NCBI RefSeq assembly: GCF_964355755.1
Contig: NC_092680.1
Location: forward strand, 20,903,045-20,967,044
Source: Antedon mediterranea
Lineage: Eukaryota > Animalia > Echinodermata
Direction: 5' to 3'
DNA: 64,000 nucleotides
The first letter of the stretch is position 1; the number at the start of each line of letters is the position of its first letter. Position numbers and translations under genes: made by a program. Positions 38,201 to 50,700 of this stretch are shown piece by piece. A model generated the notes under the pieces. It saw nothing but the letters and a program-made list of their open reading frames with translations. It was not told the origin of the DNA and searched no databases.

Positions 38201-41200
38201 CAAATCACCACGCCTGCGAAGAATCTCAGTACAACCATCATCACAATTGCAAGACCTAAAGAAGTTTGTTAAACCGTTAATGTATACATTTTCAGATTAC
38301 ATAATACTTTGATTTCAAAACCTCCCGCCGATAAGCGAGTATCTAAAACACGATTGGGTATTGAACAACTCACATTTTCTGATATCTTTGGCAGCGCCAT
38401 GAGCAATGACTGTTGGAATGGCGCTATATAAATCGAACGATTGATTGATTGATTGATTGATACAAACTGTGTGATGATAGGTGAATGGCTCTATGGTACC
38501 TAAAATCTTAATCTTGTTCATTATAGTTGATGTTGAAAGTTAAGTCTTATACTTATGTATTTATGTCTTAGCCTTTTTTTTTCAAGAAGGGGCTGAAAAA
38601 GAGTTTCATTGATCATTAACTCAAGAAAGAGCATTTTATTTTTTATTGTGACTCACCAATGGAAATGGCACACAAGTAGCAAATTTCTCTCCAAGATGAC
38701 TTGATGTCTGCTAACGCTTTCTGAAAGTAGATGATTCAATATAAGTCTATCTAAACTTCCTAATCAAAACACATAATTTGGAAATGTTTGTAATGTAATT
38801 GCTCTGTTACCTTGAACCACTCTGTATTTATTAATTTGGAAGCTTCTCCAATTATGGATGAAGGAAAACATCTATATAACACGCCATCACTGAAAAAAAA
38901 CCCAATAAAATCAATATTGAAGATAAAATTATTCGTGTTGTTTTTAAATAAATCGATGAATAATTCACTATCAACAATCTATTCATGGGTAGCCTATATT
39001 AACATTATTTCATCATGGATTCAATTTAAGAAAGAAAATGGTAACTTGTGAGAAATACTAGAAATCTGTATAGTGCTAAACATTTAAATTACGGTAATTC
39101 TGGTATCTTACTATCATAGTGTTTCAATTGGAAACAGGTAGGCCCTAAAGAAAACAACTAACTAAAGCATAAACAATGGTCTTCTATCTCTTCACATCAT
39201 AATTCAACGTCTCTAATTAACGAACCTTGGGGAGATCGGTAGATCGGGACAGTCATCAATATCTCCAAACGTGATATCGGTGAAATTTTCAACTTCGTAC
39301 GAGCAATATGAGAGGCCGATATCGGCGTATGCCTCCAGCTCTTCCATGGTACTGATGGTATCATTTGGACAAGCAGCCACACACAGTTTCTTACTGTCTA
39401 TAGATCCAGTTAACGCCGTGTCCTCAAAGTAAAATAAATACCTGGGGAGAAATGTAAGCCATGGTCATATTGATCGAACTTATGCTTAGCAAAAAAAATG
39501 TTTTAAAACATATTATTGTTCATGTCAAAGTTCCTTTCATAAAGACTAAAGGATTTACTGGTTTGATAAACAAAGCTTTCATTTTGCACTTAAAGCACGG
39601 TTTATTTTTTAGCTGTATGTTATTCAAAATGTTAATTATAAATGGAAATTAAACTTGAATCCGGATGGCAGGTGTAGTAGGTGTAATACAAAATATTATA
39701 CATATGTATTGAGATGTACCTATGCAACGATCATCATTCGTGCATCAACGTACCTTTTGTCTTTCATATTCAAGCCGGAAAGCTGTACACCTGGAATATC
39801 TTCATTTTCCTGTCCACACACGTTGCCATAGCTATCGACGCCAAATATTAAACGTTCTGGTTGGCCGTGTGTAAATGAAACAAACGCTACATAGCCCTAA
39901 AGATTATTGAGATTGGTCATAAAATATTTTATAATTTGGAGAGCGGGAAACACGCCCAATATCCTTGCATGCATAATTAATTACCATGACGTAGTTTGGT
40001 CGTCGTTCGTCTAAAATCGAAAGCTCCCTACTATTTTAATTAGAACTACACCACTCTCTCTCTCACTCATGTCCCTACACCCTTAAACACCTCCCCACCC
40101 AGTGTGGCACCAACAGAGGACCCCGTCTGGAATAGTTGCTCCTTCCAACCCTCCGCCCCCCCCCTTTCACCTTTCCGTCGGATTGACCATGTTTTACGGG
40201 GAGAAAAATAAGATATTTTTTGATTAAAATAAAACAATACCCTATTGAGTGTACCCAATTTAGGAATTTAGGAATGCCTTCTTTAAAAGTTACCCCCAAA
40301 TATGTTATATGCCTTTTCTCCTCCCGTCGAGAAAATCTTGGCGCCACCGCTGTTCCCCCACCCGCACGAGCGTTCTTACCATTCCACACCAGAAAGCCAA
40401 AAACAAGATACAGCAAAGTACGTCACGGCATTGACGGTTGTCAACGACGCCATCGAACTCTTCGTCGACTTCACTGTCAGCCTACAAGAGATGAAAAAAA
40501 AAATAATGCTTAAATAAATAAAGGAAAAGAAAACAACAATACAATATGTAACTGAAAAGTAAGTTACATACAAGAAAAATAAGATAGGCCTACAGGACAA
40601 AAACACATGAAAAAACAAGGACATAATATGGAACTACAATATTTGACTGAAAAAGAATCTTTAATCTGCAATAATACTCGTTTCATTAAATCTTTAAAAA
40701 CAAAAAGCATCTAGGCCTACACCTAACAAAAAACTAGATACATGGCGCAAACTGTCTATATTATACAGATATTGTAACATTTGAGCCCATGGTTTTATGG
40801 GTAATCTAATGTTTTTGATTTTCTTAGTATATGATGCCTTTTCGACCAGTTACGTCCTCATACATAAGTTTATTAGGCCCTATTTTCTGAATATTACCAG
40901 ACCTTACTTTAAACCAGGAAGGCCACACTTCGCGCGAACAATGAATAGGCCTGTTTACGCGCAAACAAAGCGTGGTTACCATGTCGCAATTCGAATTAAA
41001 ACATGAAAAAATTATAAGAATATGAACAAGAAATATGCCTAGGCGCGCCTATATATATTATTATAATACAAAATTCATACCAACATAACATGTCTTGTCA
41101 ACTAAACCTAATTTTATTTTTGTAATGTGTAACTCGGTAGTTGATCTGTATCTGATTTTCTGGACTGAGTTTATGGTGTCGGTCAAGCGCGTCGAGCCAT

Positions 41201-41468
41201 CGCGTACACACACGTCACAATATAGTGGCAGTGGTCATTGTTATACTTTACGTCATATAAACCTAAATAAAATTATTTTTTTTCTACATCTCAGGCCTAC
41301 CGTACCTCCTGGAGCTCCAGGAGGTAGGCCTACACACGTCACGTACGTAGTCTTCCAGGAATTGTAAAATATACGTCTTTTAAAATATAGCTAACCATTC
41401 TGTACCGTAACAACATCTGAACTTACCCTAAATGGCCGAACCTTGTTATTTCCAGGCATAAAACTCAT
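32274..41468 (-). CDS. SLC44A1: Choline transporter-like protein (SLC44/CTL family, CTL1-like), ~635 aa, 17 coding exons
   Basis: Exons 41468-41427 (MSFMPGNNKVRPFR, tentative start), 40481-40380 (RQCRDVLCCILF), 39896-39754 (RLIFGVDSYGNVCG), 39441-39226 (CVAACP), 38889-38811, 38720-38657, 38255-38097, 37834-37764, 37530-37411 (RKRIALVVALFKE...QPFW), 36791-36666, 35566-35406, 34924-34838 (YHLGSIAFGS), 34145-34030 (CCLWCFEKVLKFINRNAY), 33710-33544 (AIHGYSFCKAAKEAF...NSVGDF), 33208-33116, 32674-32582 (IDTLFLCFCED), 32342-32274; sum 1908 nt. Family is secure; exact orthology (A1 versus another paralogue) less so. Confidence 0.9.
32730..32965. mobile_element. Harbinger-like MITE with triplicated left terminus
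   Basis: TIR AGCCTAACTCAGAGAGCATCGTACGACG / CGTCGTACGACGCTGTCTGAGTTTGCCT. The 23-mer TTAAGCCTAACTCAGAGAGCATC occurs at 32730, 32753 and 32776. Confidence 0.7.
35196..35250 (-). ncRNA. Minimal type I hammerhead ribozyme motif (Penelope-like element type), copy 2
   Basis: Minus strand reads CTACTC-CTGAGGA-A-GATAAA-agtgtaa-TTGATC-GAAAC-gacaac-GTA-GAGA: core intact, one mismatch in stem II, GUA triplet, CTC/GAG stem I. Confidence 0.6.
35634..35953. mobile_element. Kolobok-like MITE (short subfamily)
   Basis: AGAT..ATTGTCCCC ... GGGGACAATACATCT-TTAA. Interior homologous to the copies at 49912 and 54127 (TTGAATATGCCATTTTAATGT). Confidence 0.7.
38310..38462 (+). mobile_element. LINE (L2-like) 3' tail remnant
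   Basis: Ends GCGCCATGAGC...GGCGCTATATAAAT followed by (GATT)n, a typical L2-clade 3' end. Confidence 0.5.
40100..40352. mobile_element. hAT/Tip100-like MITE
   Basis: Imperfect TIR CAGTGTGGCACCA / TGGCGCCACCGCTG with similar flanks (TCCCCACC / TCCCCCACC). A related terminus occurs at ~11096-11117. Confidence 0.55.
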
Positions 41469-44114
41469 GCTAGCGGCGAGTGATTAGGCTCTCCAAACAA
41501 TCATCTGTAAAAGAATTGTAGGAGATACAAATGTAAAATCTAGGCAACCATGCTCTGTCTATGAATCAACTAATGAACCATTAAATTAAAAAAAAAACAG
41601 TCTTGAAGACTCGTCGTAAGCAAGCCACTTCGTTTAAAAAATAAATAGGCCTACTATAATGTTATGCAAAACTGGGGCTTGTTCACCCACCGTTTGCTTC
41701 GTTAGTTTCTCCAGTTATTAATATTATATGTATAGGCCTAGGTATATTTCATAATAGCGCCTAGGCTAGGATAATAAAATATTTCAGACAATAGGTCGAT
41801 CCTAGGATAACATACATAATTCAATATATCGATTTGTTGACGCAAACAGCGCACAGCAGCAATACTTAAATACCGTATCAATTCTTAAAGCCTGTCTTAA
41901 GATATTGACGTTTTTGCTTTTGTAATTCCCAACATACTGTGTAACTGTGTAGCCTTGGCTAATACATTTTTGTTTGTTAATTATTTCGAATAGGCATATT
42001 CCACTTCATATACATATTATAGACCTAGGCTATGCCTGGCTGCCAATTTTTAGTGACATTATGACGAATAATGTTAATCATGATTGTTTAGTGGGTCGTC
42101 TAAGCCCTTGGCTAATATCATGCATTATTAAAAAAAAAATTTAAACGGTGCTCTCATAAAAAGACTAGGCATACAGGCCCTTTTCGAAAATAATAAATAC
42201 AATGAAAAAAAATACCTTAAATGTTTATTGGGTGCATGAGAAGACAAATATTTTAGCTTAGGCCTGCATTTATTCTGTATTCTGAAACACGCAATGTTTG
42301 TGCGCGTATCGCGTTGGCATTCTACGGCGCTTTGATTAAAAACTAAAGAAAATAGATTAAAATCTTCTTAAGTCTGCTTATAATCATACATGATAAGAAA
42401 CAGACAACTTCAACTAAATGCCATTTAATGTTGGTTTCCGTTTTTGAAAAGGTCGGTGTGAGGTCGAACCAGTTTATAATTTCTTGGACTACGATTTGTA
42501 TTCAGTCAATATAACATTAATTATACATATTTTCAAAAGGCCTAAAGTAGAGATATTTTATTTTTGTGAAAGTAGAGTAACACACTATCTGCAGGAATTT
42601 TATTGTTGCTGCTTGATAATAAAAAAACACCCCGTTATTTGTACTTTATCAACACTACTGTATGTATTACAAGACAAGTAGCTATATAGACCTACTTATA
42701 CTTACTCTGTATGACAGTGTTATGGTTTTTAAAAATTATGAGTAGGTCTACTTACCTAGAAATGTTGATACAGTTACTGAATTGAAAATAATTTATTCAA
42801 AATCCAGGACAAAAGGAACTCATGAACCTCTTTTTTCTTTGCACATTGTCTGCATTAAATGGTTATTGTTTTCAGAAAAAAATATAATGTGAGACCAATA
42901 AAAGGAGGAAATAATTATTATCGATATAATTTCTTCGCGGTGGTTGCCATCCATTTAGCCTCTTCCATTTTGTCGTCAGGTAGAGAAATGATAATTAATT
43001 CATTTTCAGAATTGTAATTTAAACTGGAGTAGGCCTACATTTAAGATCAATTTTCTTGTGGATTTTACAAAGGCTTTTAAAAGTGTTTTTATTATACATT
43101 TATTTTTATCTTCTTAAATTTCATATTTCAAACTTCATAGTTAAGGGTCTTCAAGATTTTGCTTTTTTTTTATTTTGTTATTTATTTGTATTTTTATAAG
43201 AATTCGAATAAAGTCAATAAATCAATCACCTACTATTATTTTGACTAATTATTATTTTCATTATCATTGCTCAAAATTCAGTTTGCGATAATATTATGAG
43301 AATATAATAAATAAAATGAGAGGTGGTTGATTTTCATTATGAATGCGTATTATTAATAAGATTCTACACTAAACCGTACTATCGTTGATGCCTAATAAGC
43401 ATAATCAAAATCATAGTCAACCATTTTAGGAAATCTTTCGGCCTGGACACAATCATGAAAAAATAATGTCACTATTCAGGAATACGAATTATCCTATTTC
43501 CTGTCTCTAGCTGGCTCATACATTTCTACCTCATATTGTTGGGGACTCTTTCCATTGAAACGAACGCAGGAAATGTTTTAAACAGCCAATCCCGGCCCCT
43601 TAGTATATATATAGTATAACTATGTTCAGAGGGACACCCTTAGTTGACACGTTGATTTTCGAAAAATTCTACATTTTAATTTTCGAAGAGTATAAGCTAA
43701 TATAAATAATTAAGCAAACCTACCTTCGATCTACTCTCCTTAGCGTTTATGGCTGTTGTACATGTGCCTAATAACTAGACACACTTACAGTTGTAGTAGG
43801 CCTATATAACGATCACAAATCCGTCAGAATCCCGGACAATCCCAACATATTATGACTAAACCAGACGAATTCTTTAAGCTATATTTAAACTTTGTATAAC
43901 TTTTGATTCACAAAAACAAATATTCCTGAGCCAGGAAATTAAATCACAGTCTGACTTAACCGCTAAATAAGTCAACCTATTGGAAACACGCGGCGTGACA
44001 AATAGCCGCTGCGGAGGAAACCAAGACTTTATTATTATTTAGTCAGTACATTTTTTATTATTTAGTCAGTCTCAAACAATTACCTTGTATTTCTTCTCGC
44101 ATTGCATTAATAGT

Positions 44115-44275
44115 CAAGGCCGTAGCGAAAGGTTAAAAACAGACGAGGAAAATATGCAAATATAATTATTAATATAAAATATGGAGAGAATTGGGGGGTG
44201 GGTGGTGAAAATTTAAAATTTCAGACGATCGAGGCGATCAAGCGCCGGCTACGGCCGCCGGCTACGGCCGCCCTG
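44115..44275. mobile_element. Short hAT-like MITE remnant
   Basis: CAAGGCCGTAGC ... GCTACGGCCGCCCTG inverted termini, right end internally duplicated (CCGGCTACGGCCG x2). Confidence 0.45.
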
Positions 44276-45659
44276 ATAAAGGAAATTTTAAATTATAAAT
44301 TGTTTTTATTTATTATAAACTATACTATAAATTATATAGGGGTGGGGGGGGGGGGGGGGGCTTCTACTCATTTTATTCGCTCATCTGGCTGGTATAATTC
44401 TGGGGAATTATTTTGCCCCCAAATTCCACAATTTACCTAACGGATGTCACTTACATTTGATTTACTGGTTCCTGTGACAACACACTGGACCTAATACAGC
44501 GATGTCATATGAGTGGTAGCCCCCAAAAGGCCAACATTTAGTTTATTATTAAGCTTTAGTAGTATTTAGCATTGTACAGTATCAGTAGAAATAAATATAT
44601 ACTCTGAATAAACTTGGAAGCTTAACCTATTTGTGTTGTGTGTAAATAGGAATAACAAACCGTCGATTTGGTAACAATGTTAATGGTACACACCAAATTG
44701 GATGTAGGAGGTTAACATCACCATGGTATATTATAAACAACATGATGTTTCAGTAATGTATCAACAGACCACTGATGAACCTCTGATAACAAACGTCACT
44801 TTACGTTTCCGGTTTATTATCTTGAATTCAATTTCAAAGACATAGACATCGCTTTATTCATCCATAAATTTGGAAATTACAATTTCTTGGTAATACAGAG
44901 TAAAATTAATCAATATCATAATTATAAAATATAACAATATTATCAGTACGTCGTCATTGTTGGATTGTTCACTCATGCATGCATCCATGGTACCATAGCT
45001 TATTAATAATTAGTTCTTCACTCTATACTCTCCTTCTTGATTCTCTCTTCTTTTAGCTTGGTTGTCAATGGCGACGCAACGCAAGCACGTAACGCAACTT
45101 AAGCAATGGATTACAGACAATATCTATTTTCATTGGTCAACTCCCTTGCGTTGCGCGTACGTCCTTGCGTTGCGTTTCTAGTGGGGAGACCTTATTTACA
45201 CCTATTTTACTCAATGGATTTATATTATACAATTTTTTTTTTTTATCAAAATCATTTTTAATTTCCTGTATTGAGGGATCTGACCTGAGAAATTTAGTTA
45301 TCATAATTGTAGGCCTGCTGCTGCAGGCTGCAGCTGCAATGAGGTTCCTAGTCTCCATGATAATATTTAGTAACTACAATTTTAACTCACCTTTTTGTAA
45401 AATTAAAGTTGATCAACTTGAGTTGTACGTACCATCACCAGTTCCGAACACAAAATGAGCCTAAGACGATCTGGTAATGTTTTTATGATAGTCCATAAAT
45501 TGATATCTAAAAATAGGTCTAAGCTTTCGCTCCAGGGGGTCCTGCTCGGATGATACATGAAAAACAATACATTTTAATGAGTGTGGAAGCATACAACGTA
45601 TGTAGTGTTGCTATAACAGCCTATTGTTCACTGACACCGTCACGCACTGTAAAATAAGC

Positions 45660-46340
45660 AACAGTTGTCTTGCGGCTAAACAAAATAATATCTGTCATAA
45701 GTCTAACTGTTTTGTCCCACTATTCGTAGAATCAGTATGATGTGGGCTCCTAAAACAGTATTTGGTGATAAGGCGCTGGAGTATGTTGATAATTTTACGT
45801 ACTTAAGGCCATATTTTAACTTCGAATCTAAGATGAAACAGACATAAAACGCCAATATAGATCTCTATGTATTAGAGGTAATGTTTTATGTAGGACATTT
45901 TCATACTGCTCCAAATCAATCAAATGTTTTTTGTTCAGATCATTGTTTTAACATGTACTGTTCTCCTTTATGGTCTAATCATTTTTAAAAAGATATCAAC
46001 CGACTTAAAGTTTGTTATAATAATGCTTTCCTGAGGTTGTTGGGACATCCCAGATTTGTTAGTGCGAGGAATTTGTTTGTGGAAAATAATATTCCATCAT
46101 TTTATGAATATTTGAGGATTTCGACTTACCAATTTCTTACAAGAATAATGAAAAGCGAAAACAGAATGTTAATTTGTATATATAAATATTTGTTGATGGA
46201 TTCAAACATGTACTACAAATGGAGAGAGGCATTTATACCAATAGATAAAAGTTTTGGTCCTCTCTCCTTTATCTTTTTCTTTGTAATGTATTATACCATA
46301 ATGGACAATTGTCTGAAATAAAAGTTGAATTGAATTGAAA
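45660..46340 (+). mobile_element. 5'-truncated, frameshifted LINE remnant (RTE-X-like ORF2 C-terminus)
   Basis: Broken translation LEYVDNFTYL...DIKRQYRSLCIRGNVLCRTFSYCS...KVCYNNAF..LLGHPRFVSARNLF matches the post-RT region of RTE-X-type LINEs. Ends in AATAAA-(TTGAA)n. Explains ORF 46037-46321. Confidence 0.7.
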
Positions 46341-46442
46341 TTATACGTTTTATTATTATGCTCCGCCTCACTTCCAAAATCCATAGATTAAAATATGCAG
46401 TACTCTATTGTTGACCACTAGACTATTATTTTGTTTTGGTTG

Positions 46443-46966
46443 TATAGTCTGCCAATGCGTGACGTTTTTATAGTCTGCCAATGCGTGACGTTTTTATAGT
46501 CTGCCAATGCGTGACGTTTGTATAGTCTGCCAATGCGTGACGTTTTTATAGTCTGCCAATGCGTGACGTTTGTATAGTCTGCCAATGCGTGACATTTGTA
46601 TAGTCTGCCAATGCGTGACGTTTGTATAGTCTGCCAATGCGTGACGTTTGTATAGTCTGCCAATGCGTGACGTTTTTATAGTCTGCCAATGCGTGACGTT
46701 TGTATAGTCTGCCAATGCGTGACATTTGTATAGTCTGCCAATGCGTGGCGTTTTTATAGTCTGCCAATGCGTGACGTTTGTATATTCTACCAATGCGTGA
46801 CGTTTTTATAGTCTGCGCCAATGCGTGACGTTTGAATAGTCTGCCAATGCGTGACGTTTTTATAGTCTGCCAATGCGTGACGTTTTTATAGTCTGCCAAT
46901 GCGTGACGTTTTTATAGTCTGCCAATGCGTGACGTTTTTATAGTCTGCCAATGCGTGACGTTTTTA
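46443..46966. repeat. Minisatellite, 26 bp x ~20
   Basis: Unit TATAGTCTGCCAATGCGTGACGTTT(T/G), head to tail with no spacers. Confidence 0.97.
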
Positions 46967-47223
46967 TTGCTTACAATTTTGATTTTGTTTTGTTACTACA
47001 CAGGCTTGTTTATAAAGATGATACTAAACGGTTAACTACATTTTTGAACAGAAATCAAAGGTAATTATAACAGTTTTCATCCTAGAAATTATGAAATAAC
47101 AATCCATTCTAAACCGCTGTTGGTTTCGATTGAATAAAATAAAAATAAAAATAAAATTACACAATGCTCAGCAATTTGAATATAATCATTACGATACACT
47201 GCGATGTTATTGTGCTCATTGAA

Positions 47224-47231
47224 TGACGTCA
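47224..47231. promoter_or_regulatory. Palindromic CRE (TGACGTCA) ~550 bp upstream of the RMC1 start codon
   Basis: Exact CREB/ATF consensus; further TGACG half-sites near 47604 and 47714. Function untested. Confidence 0.35.
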
Positions 47232-47774
47232 CTTGATGGGAAGTTGATCGTTGTATTTTATTTTGTGTTGTTTATATTCATTTTATAATTATTGATTGTT
47301 TCACCGTATTTTGAGAGCTGAGATTGATTCTATCTAGTGTATAAACTCGTATAAAATAAATAAAAGGACCGAACGTCTAGTAAGTATGCCTGAAATATGG
47401 AAAATAAAGCGGCATGCAGATATTGTCAGAATATTTTGTTTAATTCAGAGGATAGACACACATCGAAAAGAAAATTATATTATGAGTGTGAAAAACTGGC
47501 TTTGCGGTTTACAAAACAAAAAGTACACCGTCGTCCGGTAGATATAAATGTTTACATGTGGCGTAACAGCATTCTTAAAAAGTAATGCTATCAAGGTACT
47601 GTCTGACGTATAGGTGGCGCTATCTACTGTTATGATATGGATGAATGCTTCTGAATCTGCTGTGGCCTCCTGTGAGAACCGAACGTCAGAAGCGGCTCAG
47701 TCAGGCGGTGATTTGACGTTTGCACTCTTGCTTGCACTCTAGCCTAGCCCTAGGTCTAGCGATTTATTTTCAAA

Positions 47775-50700
47775 ATGGCAGAGGAAGAGAATTTCTACAT
47801 ACAACTGTCACCAAAACCTACAAGATTTGAACCAGTCACAAAAGTGTCAAATGTATTTTTTGATGAAGCTAAACGCCAGGTAAGAAGAAATGTATACACG
47901 GCACGGCGGCACGGGACGTCACGTCTTTTTCAGTGTAGCCAGCCAGGCTAGGCTAGCCTAGTGGGCCTGGCCCTAGGCTAGCTAGCTAGTAGGCTATAGT
48001 TTTAGTAGTAGTAAGTAGAGAGTAGGCTGGCGCCCAAACTGGGACCTGTCCTGTGGATGATGGGACCCTACCATCTAATAAATAAGTAAACCAAGGCTAG
48101 TTTAATAATAGTTTACCAAGGACCTTGGGTGGATTGCTATAAAACAGTCTTAACTGATGGTCTTAACTCCCCGATTAAAGCCGGCTTTATCAGATAGACG
48201 GTCTTATTAATAAAGCCACTCCTGATAGACCATTGCTATAAAACAGTCTTGGATAAGACCGCGTAAAGTAACAAATTGAGGGCGTACTTTGCGCGTAGAA
48301 TACCAAATAAGGTAATGTTCGTCACGCTTGTTCAATTCACAATCATAACAGTACGTACATTTCTACGCGAGAAAATCCATTCTAGGCCTAGGCCTATATA
48401 AGAATAAAATCACCGTTATTATTTGATTTAACACTTAAAACTCGTTTAATTGGTTGTAAAAGCAACAAAAAGAGAGGTTTAAGACTGTTTTAAGACTCCT
48501 TCGAGTAGGCTTTAATTTTAAAGACCGTTTACAGGTCAGACCGCGGTATAGCAATGGTCTATAAATAAAGACTACTTGCTACGTCACGAATTATAGCCGG
48601 CTAAGCGCTAAGACCGTTTATAGACCGCTTATAGCAATCCGCCCCTTGACATTTTTAGTAGCGACCTCTATGGTTTGATGTATTTTTCTAAAATATTATA
48701 GCGCCCTCTATTATCTGGACATGATTTTGTAAAAGTTGGTCTGACACAACATACATAGGCTTAGTTACTAGACGATAGGTTCAGTGGGCAAACCAAGGCC
48801 TATCATAATATTATTGATAAACTAATAATATAATGCAACCTAATATTATTGATAAATTAATAATACTATTATTAGTTTTTGTATACGAACATTTTGTCTG
48901 AATAACCCAACAATCAATGTTTTTTTAGGTGTTTGCGGTGCGTTCAGGTGGAGCCACAGGAGTAGTTGTCAAAGGTCCAGATGATAAAACCAGCACAAGT
49001 TTTAGGTACGGTACTGTAATTCACTTTTTTTTTCTTTTGACCATTTTGTTTCAAACATTGTGTCACTGCTAGGAAAAAATTGGCTCGTTCTTAGTTTTTT
49101 CTTGTTAGCTTTCCTTTGAATATTGTTGTTTTTTAACGGCCAATACAGTAGGTTTAATTTTATGGTAACTATATTTATTATTGGTGATTTTTTAAACCAA
49201 TTTCAGAATGGAAGACAAAGGAACCGTGCTGTCAATTAAGTTTTCACCAGATATGAATATTCTAGCAGTTCAAAGGTCACCCAGGACTGTGGTAAGAAGT
49301 AGAATAACATTGAATTTAAAGCTCTGTCTACACTATCAAACTAGTTTGATAAGGAAAAGTGTGATGTGCCTAAATAATGTTATTGATATGCCCAGATATT
49401 ATAGTGATATGACATCATCATCACATCCATATGTGAGCAAATTTTTTTGTCACATAAAGTTTGATAGTGTAGAAAGGGTTTAAAACTGTTCTAAAATTCA
49501 ACTCTTCTCTGCTATATATCCAGTATGCTATATATCTGCTACATATCCAGTATGCTATATATCTGCTATATATCCAGTAATGTTGTTCAGAATGATATAG
49601 CATAACATTGTCTGTAATTGTTGTTTACTAATTGACATCTATTACATAACATCCAAATAAATAATCATTAATAAAATATATTTACTTTCATCAACAGGAA
49701 TTTATAAATTATGTTGATTCCAAAGTGGACAATGTTGAATATTCTCAAAGTTGTAAGGTAAAGTTTTTTTTTATTTTATTGTTAATTTTTCTAGCAAAGC
49801 AGACAATGGAGGCTGGTGTGAAAATAACATATTTATGTATATTTATCAATTCTGTAATAAGTGTATAAAGTAAAATAAAGAGTATATGTTTACTTATTTT
49901 GTATACTTTAAAGATGTATTGTCCCCCTAAAAAATTAATTCTTACAATTTTTTTTTAATATGCCATTTTAATGTCACCAAATAGTTATCCACTTTGACCA
50001 AAAATTGGAAAGAAAAAAAAAACATTTACCTAAAAAAATGGAATTTAAAGCAAAACATTGTCCAATTGGCTGCCAGCCGATGGGTTTTTGGTTGAATTCA
50101 GCCATTTATTTTGTAATTTTATAAGTGAAAACATAAATTTTTTCCATTTTTTTTTCTACAGAAATGATTAACTTTATTAAAGCTACAAAATAATCTATTC
50201 AAAGGCTGATTTTATTAATCTTTATTTTTCATGTTTTTGGGGGGAAAATACATCTTAATGTTATAATATATATATATATGTAGTGTATATTAATATTAGT
50301 ATTAATAATAATATTTTAGACAGTATACATTGCATACAGTATAACTGAAAGTATTTCTAACAATATAGTACTATTTTAAATGTATAAGTATTGGTCTTTT
50401 ACTATGTTCTTATAGGGTAAAAATACAAGAATTATTGGTTACAACTGGACTAATGAAAATGAAATTGTTTTTATCACGGACCATGGGATAGAACTTTACC
50501 AGGTAGATTTTATACTTTTAAAGCATACTGTAATTTTGATAATTTTACTAAATTAATGAACACAATTTGTTATTATATTAATGTGTCTATTTTATAATGT
50601 TTTATTTGTGTTGTTTAAAAAAAAAATATCTGCATTAAGGATAAAAAGTAACCTGAACCTAGAATCACACTGCTGACAGCAGGTGCCCTACCAATATACC

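Noticed and set aside
44772-44800. CTGATGA...AAACGTC as another hammerhead
   Set aside because: No stem II pairing and no GAAA core. CTGATGA hits near 27665, 55540 and 57955 (minus strand) fail likewise.
46418-46966. CRISPR array or repeat-protein ORFs
   Set aside because: Units are contiguous with no unique spacers, there are no cas genes and the context is eukaryotic. The ORFs are translations of the 26-bp repeat.
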